From an uncultured Bacillota bacterium (lineage in GTDB: Bacteria; Sysuimicrobiota; Sysuimicrobiia; Sysuimicrobiales; Segetimicrobiaceae), in assembly GCA_963804645.1 (NCBI GenBank), contig CAWDRG010000009.1, positions 1,216,001 to 1,280,000 on the forward strand: a stretch of 64,000 nucleotides of DNA. Direction: 5' to 3'. Positions within the stretch are counted from its first letter, which is position 1. Each line of letters starts with the position of its first letter. Made by a program: the position numbers and the translations under genes. Shown one piece after another: positions 31,119 to 40,222 of this stretch. The notes under the pieces are model-generated. The model searched no databases. It worked only from the letters and a program-made list of their open reading frames with translations, and was not told the origin of the DNA.

Positions 31119-31694
31119 ATGGTCCGGAGGTGGTGGATGTCTTCCCGTACGCTCCTCGCCGGGGCGTTTTTGCTGGTGTGCCTCGGGCTCTCCGCTTGTA
31201 CGGGACGGCAGATCCTGTCGATGCGGGCGCAGCCGCCCGCGGCGCAATCCGCGGGCACTCCGGCGGCGCCGCTGGCCCCGTTTACGGGACCGGCGCTCGC
31301 GGCCACGACGGACTACCCCAAGAACCCGAATTCGCCGCGGCCCGAACCCCCGGCGGAGTACGCGAATCTGAAGAACCCGCTCCCGCCGACGGCGGCCAAC
31401 CTTGCCCAGGCGAAGGACCTGTTCACGGCCAACTGCGCCCCGTGTCACGGACTGACCGGCCAAGGCGACGGCCCCGCCGCATCCGCGCTGAATCCGAAGC
31501 CCGCCGCGTTTGCGACGCCGATCCACGCGAAGCTGCCCGACGGGTACTACTTCTGGCGGGTCACGAAGGGCGGCAGCGTGCCGCCGTTCAGCGCCGCCGG
31601 CTCGGCGATGCCGCCGTGGGAAGGTTCGCTCACCCCGAACCAGCGGTGGCTCGTGATCTTGTACGTGAAGAGCTTCTCCGCGCCTCACAAGTGA
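31119..31694 (+). CDS. Monoheme cytochrome c, probable lipoprotein
   Basis: Lipobox-like 'LSAC'; 'CAPCHG' heme motif; distal 'SAMPPW'. Confidence 0.85.
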   Translation: MVRRWWMSSRTLLAGAFLLVCLGLSACTGRQILSMRAQPPAAQSAGTPAAPLAPFTGPALAATTDYPKNPNSPRPEPPAEYANLKNPLPPTAANLAQAKDLFTANCAPCHGLTGQGDGPAASALNPKPAAFATPIHAKLPDGYYFWRVTKGGSVPPFSAAGSAMPPWEGSLTPNQRWLVILYVKSFSAPHK

Positions 31695-31699
31695 CCGGA

Positions 31700-32209
31700 A
31701 TGCCTGAAGCGGGTGACGGCGGCCCCGCGGTCGAGCGCGTCCGCGCCGCGTGCGCCGCGCGGCAGCTGTCGGTTGAGATCATCGAATATCCCGCAGGCAC
31801 CCGCACCGCGGCGGACGCCGCGCGCGCGGTCGGCACCTCGGTCGCTCAGATCGTCAAATCCCTCGTGTTCCTCGCGGACGGCACACCGATCCTCGTGCTG
31901 GCATCGGGCGTGAATCGCGTCGATGTGGGGAAAGTGGCGCGGCTCGCCGGGGCGGCCCGCGTTGAGAAGGCCTCGGCGGAGGCCACCCGAGACGCGACGG
32001 GGTTCGCGATCGGCGGCGTGCCGCCGCTCGGGCACCGGCGGCCGCTGGCCGTGTACGTCGACCGCACGCTGCTCGCGCACCCGATCGTGTACGCGGCGGC
32101 CGGCACGCCGCGCGCGGTGTTTGGGGTCGCGCCCGACGCGCTGGCGCGCGCGGCCGGGGGGACCGTCGCGGACGTGGCGGAGGAGCCGTCGCCCGACGTC
32201 GCTCGCTGA
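31700..32209 (+). CDS. YbaK/EbsC-family aminoacyl-tRNA deacylase
   Basis: 'TRTAADAARAVG...QIVKSLVF', 'TGFAIGGVPPLGH', 'AAAGTP'. Confidence 0.88.
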   Translation: MPEAGDGGPAVERVRAACAARQLSVEIIEYPAGTRTAADAARAVGTSVAQIVKSLVFLADGTPILVLASGVNRVDVGKVARLAGAARVEKASAEATRDATGFAIGGVPPLGHRRPLAVYVDRTLLAHPIVYAAAGTPRAVFGVAPDALARAAGGTVADVAEEPSPDVAR

Positions 32210-32232
32210 CGCCGGCGGGCGCGGGACCGACG

Positions 32233-33153
32233 ATGGCCGTGCTGGTCCGGTCCGCGCGCGCCTCCGATCTTGACGCGGTGTTCGAGGTCTGGTGGGCGAC
32301 CGCCCGCCCGGGCAGCGGCGCGGCCCCACCCGGGAGTCCGGCGCTCGTGCTGTTCCGGCACGAGCTCACCACGGGGCAGTTGTGGGTGGCGGAGGAAGAG
32401 GGCGAGCTCGTCGGGTACGCGGCCTCGTTCGTCCGCGAGGGCGTCATGTTTCTTGCCGATCTGTTCGTCGTTCCCGCGCGGCAGTTGCACGGCATCGGCA
32501 CCGCACTCCTGACCCAGGCACTCGAGCACCCCGCCGCCACCCGCTGCACGATGAGCTCCCTTGATCCGCGGGCGCTCGCGCTCTACGTCCGCGCGGGGAT
32601 GCGACCGCGGTGGCCGCACCTGCAGCTCGCCGCCGATGCGCCGGATCTCGCGGCACTGCCGGGCAAGGATGTCTCGGTTGAACCAGCCGCGGTCGGCGAT
32701 CCAGCGTTCGCGGCTTTGGACGCCCGCATCGGCGGCCGGGCGCGTCCCGAGGATCACGCCTTCTGGGTCGAGATCGGGGCGGTGCCGCTGTGGTTCGTGC
32801 GCCGCGGCGCGCGCGTGGGGTACGGGTACGCGTGGATCCGGAAGGACGCACGCGGATCTGAAGTGCGGTTGGGTCCGCTCGGTGCCGCGACGCCTCCAGA
32901 TGCCGCCGCGTCCGTCGGCGCGGCCTTTCGATGGGCCGCGGAGGCGGCGGCCTCGGCTGATCGGGGAGCCGCGCCGCGCACGTGGATGTACCGGGTCGCC
33001 CTCCCGGCGCCGCACGCGGCGCTCGAATCGCTCTTGGGAGCGCGGTTCCGCATCAGCGGGATGGAGATCTTCTGCTGCTCGCGCGACGATCTGTTCTGCG
33101 ACCCCCAATTGTACCTCGCGCTCGCGGGGCCGGAGGGGACGTCAATCTTCTGA
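32233..33153 (+). CDS. GNAT-family acetyltransferase
   Basis: 'LADLFVVPARQLHGIGTALL' acetyl-CoA motif. Confidence 0.75.
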   Translation: MAVLVRSARASDLDAVFEVWWATARPGSGAAPPGSPALVLFRHELTTGQLWVAEEEGELVGYAASFVREGVMFLADLFVVPARQLHGIGTALLTQALEHPAATRCTMSSLDPRALALYVRAGMRPRWPHLQLAADAPDLAALPGKDVSVEPAAVGDPAFAALDARIGGRARPEDHAFWVEIGAVPLWFVRRGARVGYGYAWIRKDARGSEVRLGPLGAATPPDAAASVGAAFRWAAEAAASADRGAAPRTWMYRVALPAPHAALESLLGARFRISGMEIFCCSRDDLFCDPQLYLALAGPEGTSIF

Positions 33154-33163
33154 TGGGTCCTCG

Positions 33164-34231
33164 CTACTTCCACACCTCGCCGTAGACTCGTGCCCAGTTC
33201 CCGCCCATAATCTGCGCCGCGTCGTCGTCCGAGTAGCCGCGTGCGAGGAGTCCGAGCGTCAGGTTCTGCCATTTCGCCATCGAATTCGCTTCTTCGGGAA
33301 AGATCCACGGCAGCGGCGGATATACGGACGGTTTGTACGGCCGGTTCGGCAGCTGGCCGAGTGCTCCGGTCTCCGTCATCATCTCCGCCGGATTGATCTC
33401 TTCGGTCAGGTCCGAGCCGAAGCCGACGTGGTCGACGCCGACGAGATCGACGACGTGGTCGACATGCGCAAGCAGATCCTCGAGCGTCGCCTTGGTGCGG
33501 CCGTCCGCGGTCAAGAGAAACGGGAGAAAGCAAATGCCCATGACGCCGCCGGTTCGCGCCATCGCCCGAATCAACTCGTCGCTCGCGCTGCGGGGATTGT
33601 TGCGCAGCGCCCGACACGCCGAGTGCGAGATGATCACCGGCGCGCGGGACACCTGGGTCGCCTCCAGGGCCGTCGCCTCGCCGGCGTGCGACACGTCGAC
33701 GACCATGCCCACCCGGTTCATCTCCGCCACCGCGGCGATGCCGAAATCGGTCAGCCCGCCCTGGACCCGTTCCTGGCACCCGTCGCCGAGCAGGCTCCGC
33801 TCGTTGTAGGTGACCTGCAGGGACCGCACGCCCGTGCGGTAGAGCGGCTCGATGTAGTCGGTGTCGTCCTCGATGATCGCCGGATCCTGCGTGCCGATGA
33901 TCACGCCGACCTTTCCGTCGGCCTTGGCGCGCCGGATGTCGTCCGCCCGGGCGACAAAAACGGCCTTGTCCGAGTTGTGGGCGACGCGGTGGTGCCAGGT
34001 GCGCACCAGCTTGATGCCCTCTGTGAACGTGTGGGCGTCCACGCCGGCCTGGCTGAACGCGGTGATTCCGCCGTCGAAGAGCCGCTGCAGGTAGGGCTCG
34101 TTGAAGCGCAGCGTCGAATGCGGATGCGCGATATGATCGGGGCACATCCCGTCGATGACGATCGCGCCCGCGTGCACGCGCGCCGCGCGCGTCCGCAGCG
34201 CATCGTTGACTGGGATCCGCACTCTCGACAT
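33164..34231 (-). CDS. Membrane dipeptidase family (peptidase M19)
   Basis: 'QVTYN...GDGC', 'GLTDFG...EMNRVGMVVDVSH', 'ISHS', 'VGVDHVGFGSD'. Confidence 0.87.
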   Translation of the reverse strand: MSRVRIPVNDALRTRAARVHAGAIVIDGMCPDHIAHPHSTLRFNEPYLQRLFDGGITAFSQAGVDAHTFTEGIKLVRTWHHRVAHNSDKAVFVARADDIRRAKADGKVGVIIGTQDPAIIEDDTDYIEPLYRTGVRSLQVTYNERSLLGDGCQERVQGGLTDFGIAAVAEMNRVGMVVDVSHAGEATALEATQVSRAPVIISHSACRALRNNPRSASDELIRAMARTGGVMGICFLPFLLTADGRTKATLEDLLAHVDHVVDLVGVDHVGFGSDLTEEINPAEMMTETGALGQLPNRPYKPSVYPPLPWIFPEEANSMAKWQNLTLGLLARGYSDDDAAQIMGGNWARVYGEVWK

Positions 34232-34582
34232 GGCCGTGTCCCTTCTTTCCGCGGATGTGCCGCGTCACCTCGATCGCCTCAAGATCATCTGCGGTCGCGG
34301 CGGAATCCTTCGGGCTCCATCCCGACAGACGTTCGCCCGGGTCGTGGGTCAATCTGAAAGTCTGCGCCGCTTCCCGGACGGAGGAGCCGGCGGGCCATGT
34401 CGGCGCGATGCGCGTGACTCGTCCAGTCGGTGTTATACTACGGAGGTGAGGCTTCCCGGCTGGCCGGGATGCAACGATCGCGCTCATGCGGTTCGCACGC
34501 GATCGACCCGTTCCAGCGGCTCGGACGCAGGCGCACGGCGATTGACGTATGATCGATTCTGCTCTTCGCCGAGGTGACCTGA

Positions 34583-36517
34583 ATGGGCAACGGAAATTTT
34601 CGGCCGGGCACGTGGAGTAAGCTCCCGTCCAATTGTTCCCGTGATTACAACCTCACGTTTACACGCTGCGCGCAGTGGGGCAGCTACGCCTTCAACCAGT
34701 GCCTGTCGTGGATCGTCAACGCGACGGTGTCGTGCGTGCAATGGGCGTGGCAAGCGGTACAGACATGCGTGGCATGGGTTACCAATGCGACGCAACAGTG
34801 CGTCTCGTGGGCCCAGCAGGCCTCGCAGAACTGTTGTACCTGGTGGCCGTGCTCCTGGGGCTGCGCCATCGTCACGACCATCATCAGCTGGGTCTGCCTG
34901 CTGGTGCAGATCGTCGTCACGGTGGTCTGCGTCGTGTTCGCGATCATCGTCACCGTGTTCTGCGCCCTGTTCGCCGTCATCGTGACCGTCGCGTGCGCCA
35001 TATGGGCCGTGCTTGTCTACGTGTTCTGCGTGTTCTGGAGCGTGATCTCCATCATCTTCTGCATCTCCAACGCCAACGGCGGAACCGCGTTCCTGCTCAC
35101 CGACGGAACCGTGATGATGCAGGAGTGCTACGAATATGCGTACGGCGTAGGCATCCAGACCCGCAGATGGTGGAAGCTCTCACCCGACCAAAATGGCAGT
35201 TACGTCAACGGATCCTGGAGCCGTCTTGCGGATTCCACCCAGGCGCGGAAGTACTTCGCCTCCGCCGTGCTCGCCGACGGCAGGGTCCTGGTCTGCGGCG
35301 GTGAGTACTCTGACGCCGGAAGCGATACGAACACCTGCGAAATTTACGACCCCGTAGCCAACTCATGGACGGTGGTGAACACTCCCACGACCGGCGGGAA
35401 CCAGCCCCAGACATGGGGAAACATCGGCGACTCACCGAACACGGTACTGCCCGACGGCACATTCCTGCTGGGCTCGCTGAACTCCGCGAATATCGCCAAG
35501 CTCGCCCCGGCGACCCTCGCCTGGACAGCGATGAGCCAACGTCCGGTAGTGAGCAGCAGCGCTGAAGAATCCTGGGTGCTGATGCCCGATAACACCATCG
35601 CCACCCCAAGCTGTTCCGATGCCCCCACAACCTGGGTCTACGACATCGCCAGCGACCAGTGGAATCAGGGCAACAATCTGCCGACCAGCATCGTCCTTCC
35701 GCCCAGCGGAGACGTTCCTGAGACTGGACCGGCCCTGCTCCGCTACGACGGCACGGCCTTCTTCCTCGGCGCCAACCAGCACACCGCCGCGTACTCGGCC
35801 GCTGCCAACCCGCAGTGGACCAACGGGCCCGATCTGCCCCCGCTGTCCGGCTCGAACATCGGCATCATGGATGGCCCCGCCGCGCTGCTGACCAACGGGA
35901 ACATCCTCTTCGGCGCAGGTCCCATCGATGCCGCGGGGGACTTCCTGAGTCCCAGCTCCTACTTCGAATTCGACGGCACGCAATTCAACCGCACGAGCGA
36001 TCCGTCGAACAACAACTGCCCGACGTACGTGACCCGGCTGCTCCTGCTTCCGGACGGGAGCGTGATGTTCTCGCGCGAGGATGACTCATCGTTCTACGCG
36101 TATCAGCCCGCCTCCCCAACGCCGCAGGACAGTTGGCGGCCCGTCATCCAGAGCTGTCCTGCGAATCTCGTTCCTGGCAGTACGGTGCAAATCTCCGGGC
36201 TGCAGTTCAACGGGCTCTCGCAGGCCGTCGCGTACGGCGACGACTCCTCGGCCGCCACCAACTACCCGCTGGTCCGCGTCACCAACACCGGCAACAATCA
36301 GGTGCGTTACTGCCGCACCTTCAATCACACCACCACCGACGGCGGGGGCAACACCATTCCGTCCATGGGAGTGGCCACCGGCGCCGAGGTCATCACCACC
36401 AATGTCGCGATCCCATCGGATCTGAGTTCCGGCTCGTACGCGGTCGAGATCGTCGCCAACGGGATCGCGTCCCAACCCTTCAACGTGACGGTCGGCACCC
36501 GTCGCTCCGATGGCTGA
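34583..36517 (+). CDS. Kelch-like beta-propeller protein with an N-terminal Cys/Trp 11-residue repeat insert
   Basis: RBS GAGGTG; 16 Cys in aa 18-160; kelch-like blades 'RKYFASAVLADGRVLVCGGEY...CEIYDPVANSWT'; C-terminal Ig-like tail 'VEIVANGIAS'. Confidence 0.8.
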   Translation: MGNGNFRPGTWSKLPSNCSRDYNLTFTRCAQWGSYAFNQCLSWIVNATVSCVQWAWQAVQTCVAWVTNATQQCVSWAQQASQNCCTWWPCSWGCAIVTTIISWVCLLVQIVVTVVCVVFAIIVTVFCALFAVIVTVACAIWAVLVYVFCVFWSVISIIFCISNANGGTAFLLTDGTVMMQECYEYAYGVGIQTRRWWKLSPDQNGSYVNGSWSRLADSTQARKYFASAVLADGRVLVCGGEYSDAGSDTNTCEIYDPVANSWTVVNTPTTGGNQPQTWGNIGDSPNTVLPDGTFLLGSLNSANIAKLAPATLAWTAMSQRPVVSSSAEESWVLMPDNTIATPSCSDAPTTWVYDIASDQWNQGNNLPTSIVLPPSGDVPETGPALLRYDGTAFFLGANQHTAAYSAAANPQWTNGPDLPPLSGSNIGIMDGPAALLTNGNILFGAGPIDAAGDFLSPSSYFEFDGTQFNRTSDPSNNNCPTYVTRLLLLPDGSVMFSREDDSSFYAYQPASPTPQDSWRPVIQSCPANLVPGSTVQISGLQFNGLSQAVAYGDDSSAATNYPLVRVTNTGNNQVRYCRTFNHTTTDGGGNTIPSMGVATGAEVITTNVAIPSDLSSGSYAVEIVANGIASQPFNVTVGTRRSDG

Positions 36518-36569
36518 ACAGGGCACGGCCGCCAGCTGAACGACCACGACGCACCCGGAGGACACGAAG

Positions 36570-36893
36570 ATGAACCTGCGCGCCCGATTCAATCCCGGGA
36601 AGCGAACGCCGGCCGGCCCCGGCCCGGTGGATGACTGCGGGTGCGCCACGGGCGCCCAATTCATGGGTGTGGCGTTTGCCGGTTCCACAGCGTGGTATCT
36701 CTCGCGATGGCACGCGTATTCCGTTGGGGGAATCTGCGGGCGCGTCCTGCTCGTCTCCTTCGCCGCCGCCGTCCTGGGAAAAATCGTCGGCATCGTTCGG
36801 TACCGTTCGAAACACTCCCGGTCCTCACCGCCGTCACGCCGCCGTCAAGCCGTAGACAAGCACGCACTCGCGAATCTCGGAGAGCGTGGTTAG
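36570..36893 (+). CDS. Small hypothetical membrane protein
   Basis: RBS GGAGG; 'DDCGCATGAQF' followed by two hydrophobic segments. Confidence 0.55.
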   Translation: MNLRARFNPGKRTPAGPGPVDDCGCATGAQFMGVAFAGSTAWYLSRWHAYSVGGICGRVLLVSFAAAVLGKIVGIVRYRSKHSRSSPPSRRRQAVDKHALANLGERG

Positions 36894-36992
36894 GAGCCAG
36901 GCCACTGCCTGGCGGGCGGAGAAATCGCCGACCCTTGGTGTGTCCGGAGCGCACAGTGACCCACCACCTCCGCCCGCCTCGCCCGTGTTGCC

Positions 36993-37021
36993 TTGCCCCA
37001 TGTGGGACGGCGTGCTATCAT
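36993..37021 (+). promoter_or_regulatory. Promoter of the rib operon
   Basis: TTGCCC-17 nt-TATCAT with a TG extension, just upstream of the riboswitch. Confidence 0.65.
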
Positions 37022-37044
37022 CCGTGCACAACCACATAGCAGCA

Positions 37045-37185
37045 GCCTTCGGGGCAGGGTGAGCCGGGCACGCGCTCGGCAATTCCCGATCGGCGGTACA
37101 GCCCGCGAGCCGGGCCGCGGTGGACGCGGCCGGGCAGGATCTGGTGAGAGTCCAGAGCCGACGGTATAGTCCGGATGGAGAAGGC
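37045..37185 (+). ncRNA. FMN riboswitch (RFN element)
   Basis: GCCTTCGGGGCAGGGTGA...AATTCCCGATCGGCGGTACAGCCCGCGA...GATCTGGTGAGAGTCCAGAGCCGACGGTATAGTCCGGATGGAGAAGGC; lies upstream of ribD. Confidence 0.95.
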
Positions 37186-37204
37186 GCCAGCGTGTCGAGC
37201 CATG

Positions 37205-37241
37205 CCCCGAGGGCGCAGTTTGCCTCGGGGGTTTTTGTTTT
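37205..37241 (+). terminator. Riboswitch expression-platform terminator
   Basis: CCCCGAGG...CCTCGGGG stem followed by GTTTTTGTTTT, ending just before the ribD ATG at 37243. Confidence 0.8.
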
Positions 37242-37242
37242 G

Positions 37243-38370
37243 ATGGCACCGATCCATACAGATGACGAGCGATTCATGCGCGAGGCGCTCGACCTCGCCC
37301 GGCGGGGGGCTGGGACGACCAGTCCCAATCCGATGGTGGGTGCCGTCGTCGTGGCGGACGAGGCGATCGTCGGGCGCGGATACCATCCCCGACCGGGCGA
37401 ACCGCACGCAGAGGTGTTCGCGCTCCGCGACGCCGGCGCCCGCGCGCTCGGCGCGACGCTGTACGTGACCTTGGAGCCGTGCGCCCACTGGGGGCGCACC
37501 CCGCCGTGTACCGAAGCGATCATCGGGGCGGGCATCCGGCGGGTCGTGGCGGCGATGCTCGATCCCGACCAGCAGGTCAGCGGTCGGGGCCTGCACCGGT
37601 TGGCCGAAGCCGGGGTGGCGACGAGCGTCGGCGTGGCCGAGCGCGACGCCCTGGACCTGAACGAGGCGTACGTCAAGCACCGGACCCTCGGCCTGCCGTG
37701 GGTGACCGCGAAGTGGGCGATGACGCTGGACGGGCGGATCGCGACCCGCTCGGGGGATTCCCGGTGGATCTCCGGGGAGCCGTCCCGCGCGCTGGCCCAC
37801 GAACTGCGCGCCGTGTCCGATGCGATTCTCGTGGGCATCGGCACGGTGCTGCAGGACGATCCGGCGCTGACCGCGCGCGGCACCGCGGGCGCCCGCAGCC
37901 CGCGGCGCGTCATCCTCGACAGCACCCTGCGCGTGCCGCCCGGCGCGCGCGTGCTCGCGCGGGACGGGACGCCGGTGCTGGTCGCCACGACGGAGCGGGC
38001 CGACCCCGAGGCCCGGCGCGCGCTCGAAGCGGCCGGCGTCGAGGTCCTGGCCGCGGGCGGCGCCGACGGGCGGGTGGACCTCCGGGCGCTGCTCGCCCAT
38101 CTCGCGCGCGCGGGCGTGATGAGCCTGCTCGTAGAGGGCGGGAGCGCCGTGCTCGGCGGGTTCGCGGACGCCGGGCTGATCGACACGGTCGTCGCGTTCG
38201 TCGGCCCCGCGATCGTCGGGGGGCCGGCGCCCGCGCCGGTCGGCGGCCGCGGGGTGGAGCTCTTGGCCCACGCGTGGCGCCTGGGGCGCATCGCCGTCCG
38301 GCAGCTCGGCGACGACGCCGTCATCGAGGGGCGCGTCCTCCGGCCTGACAGATCCGGGGGAGGCGCCTAG
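37243..38370 (+). CDS. ribD: Riboflavin biosynthesis deaminase/reductase
   Basis: 'TSPNPMVGAV', 'HAEV', 'TLEPCAHWGRTPPC', 'KWAMTLDGRIA', 'LVEGG'. Confidence 0.95.
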   Translation: MAPIHTDDERFMREALDLARRGAGTTSPNPMVGAVVVADEAIVGRGYHPRPGEPHAEVFALRDAGARALGATLYVTLEPCAHWGRTPPCTEAIIGAGIRRVVAAMLDPDQQVSGRGLHRLAEAGVATSVGVAERDALDLNEAYVKHRTLGLPWVTAKWAMTLDGRIATRSGDSRWISGEPSRALAHELRAVSDAILVGIGTVLQDDPALTARGTAGARSPRRVILDSTLRVPPGARVLARDGTPVLVATTERADPEARRALEAAGVEVLAAGGADGRVDLRALLAHLARAGVMSLLVEGGSAVLGGFADAGLIDTVVAFVGPAIVGGPAPAPVGGRGVELLAHAWRLGRIAVRQLGDDAVIEGRVLRPDRSGGGA

Positions 38371-38372
38371 CG

Positions 38373-38996
38373 ATGTTCACCGGGATCGTCGAGACGACCG
38401 GCGTCGTCCGCGCGCTCGCCGCGGGCGACGGCGGCGCGCGCATCGTGGTGGAGGCGGGCGCGTTTCTCGACGGCGCCCGCGTCGGGGACAGCATTGCCGT
38501 CAACGGTGTGTGCGTCACCATCACGCGCACCGGGGGGCCGCTGTTTGAGGCCGACCTCGGCGCGGAGACGCTGCGGCGCACCACGCTGGGGCAGCTCCGG
38601 CCCGGCGCGCCGGTGAATCTCGAGCGCCCGCTCGCGGTTGGCGACCGCCTCGGCGGGCACGTGGTGCAGGGCCACGTAGACGGCGTCGCCCGCGTGGTCG
38701 AGCGGCGGCCGGACGGGCCGGGATGGTGGGTGGAGATCACGCTCCCGCCCGCGCTGACCCGGTACGTGGTGGAGAAAGGCTCGATCGCGGTGGACGGGGT
38801 GAGCCTGACGGTCGCGTCGATCGCGCCCGAGCGGTTCGGCGTCTCGCTGATCCCGCATACGTGTGCGGCGACGACGCTCGGGACGCTCCGCGAGGGGGCG
38901 TTCGTCAACCTCGAGGTCGACGTGCTGGCGAAGCACATCGAGCGGCTCGCGGCGCCGTATCTCGGGGCCGCTCGCCCGGAGGAGGATGGGAAATGA
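38373..38996 (+). CDS. ribE: Riboflavin synthase
   Basis: 'MFTGIVE', 'GDSIAVNGVCVT', 'GGHVVQGHVDG', 'VNLEVD'. Confidence 0.95.
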   Translation: MFTGIVETTGVVRALAAGDGGARIVVEAGAFLDGARVGDSIAVNGVCVTITRTGGPLFEADLGAETLRRTTLGQLRPGAPVNLERPLAVGDRLGGHVVQGHVDGVARVVERRPDGPGWWVEITLPPALTRYVVEKGSIAVDGVSLTVASIAPERFGVSLIPHTCAATTLGTLREGAFVNLEVDVLAKHIERLAAPYLGAARPEEDGK

Positions 38997-40222
38997 TGGT
39001 CGAGCCCACGAAGGCCGCCGACGTGTTCGCGCCGGTGGAGCACGCGATCGCGCGGATCCGCGAGGGCGGCTTCGTCGTCGTCGTTGACGACGAGGATCGG
39101 GAGAACGAAGGCGATCTGGTGATGGCCGCCGAGCGGGTGACCCCGGAGGCGGTCAACTTCATGCTGAAGCACGCCCGGGGGCTGATCACGGTCCCGCTCA
39201 CCACGGCGCGGCTCGCGGCGCTGGATCTCCCGCAGATGGTCTCGCACAACACGTCGCACCAGGGCACCGCGTTCACGGTGTCGGTCGGGGCCACCCATCA
39301 GATCACGACCGGTATCTCGGCGCACGATCGTGCCGCGACGATCCGGGCGCTGGTGGATCCGGCGACGCGGCCCGATGATCTCTCGCGCCCGGGCCACGTG
39401 TTTCCCCTCCGGGCGACGCCGGGCGGCGTGCTGCGGCGCGCGGGCCATACGGAAGCGGCCGTCGACCTCGTGACGCTGGCCGGCCTGGAGCCCGGCGGAG
39501 CGCTGTGCGAGATCATGAGCGACGACGGGACGATGGCGCGGCTGCCGGATCTCGCGCGGTTCGCGGAGCGGCACGCGCTGCCGATGATCTCCGTGCGCGA
39601 TCTCATCCGGTACCGGCTGGCGCGCGACCGGTTCATCCGCCGCGAAGGCGCGACGCGGCTCCCGACGACGTTCGGGGAGTTCACCGCGGTGGTGTACGAG
39701 AACACGCTGGACGGCGCGAGCCATCTCGCGCTGACACTCGGCGACCTCAGCGGGGACGCGCCCGTGCTCATCCGGATGCACTCCGAGTGCCTGACCGGCG
39801 AAGTGTTCGGGTCGCTCCGCTGCGACTGTGGCGACCAGCTGCGGATCGCGCTCGAGCGCATCAGCGCCGAAGGCCGGGGCGTGCTGGTGTACATCCGCCA
39901 GGAAGGCCGCGGGATCGGCCTCACCAACAAGATCCGGGCCTACGCGCTGCAGGACGCCGGCAAGGACACCGTCGAGGCGAACGAGCTGCTCGGGTTTGCT
40001 CCCGATCCGCGCGACTACGGGGTCGGCGCGCAGATCCTCGCCGACCTCGGGCTGCGGCGCGTGCGCCTCCTGACCAACAACCCGGCGAAGCGCGTCGGGC
40101 TGGAAGGGTACGGGATCGAGGTCGTGGAGCGCGTCGCGATCGAAATCCCGCCGAATCCCGAGAACTACCGGTACCTCAGCACGAAGCGGCACAAGCTGGG
40201 GCACCTCCTCCACCTCGAGTGA
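38993..40222 (+). CDS. ribBA: DHBP synthase / GTP cyclohydrolase II
   Basis: 'DDEDRENEGD', 'RPGHVFPL', 'HSECLTGEVFGSLRCDC', 'RQEGRGIG', 'LLTNNPAK'. Confidence 0.95.
   Translation: MMVEPTKAADVFAPVEHAIARIREGGFVVVVDDEDRENEGDLVMAAERVTPEAVNFMLKHARGLITVPLTTARLAALDLPQMVSHNTSHQGTAFTVSVGATHQITTGISAHDRAATIRALVDPATRPDDLSRPGHVFPLRATPGGVLRRAGHTEAAVDLVTLAGLEPGGALCEIMSDDGTMARLPDLARFAERHALPMISVRDLIRYRLARDRFIRREGATRLPTTFGEFTAVVYENTLDGASHLALTLGDLSGDAPVLIRMHSECLTGEVFGSLRCDCGDQLRIALERISAEGRGVLVYIRQEGRGIGLTNKIRAYALQDAGKDTVEANELLGFAPDPRDYGVGAQILADLGLRRVRLLTNNPAKRVGLEGYGIEVVERVAIEIPPNPENYRYLSTKRHKLGHLLHLE

Noticed and set aside
34634..35062. Cys-rich segment as a RiPP precursor, a DNA tandem repeat or a DGR variable region
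   Set aside because: It is an in-frame part of a 644-aa protein. The periodicity is at the amino-acid level without near-identical DNA repeats, and no modifying enzymes or reverse transcriptase are nearby.
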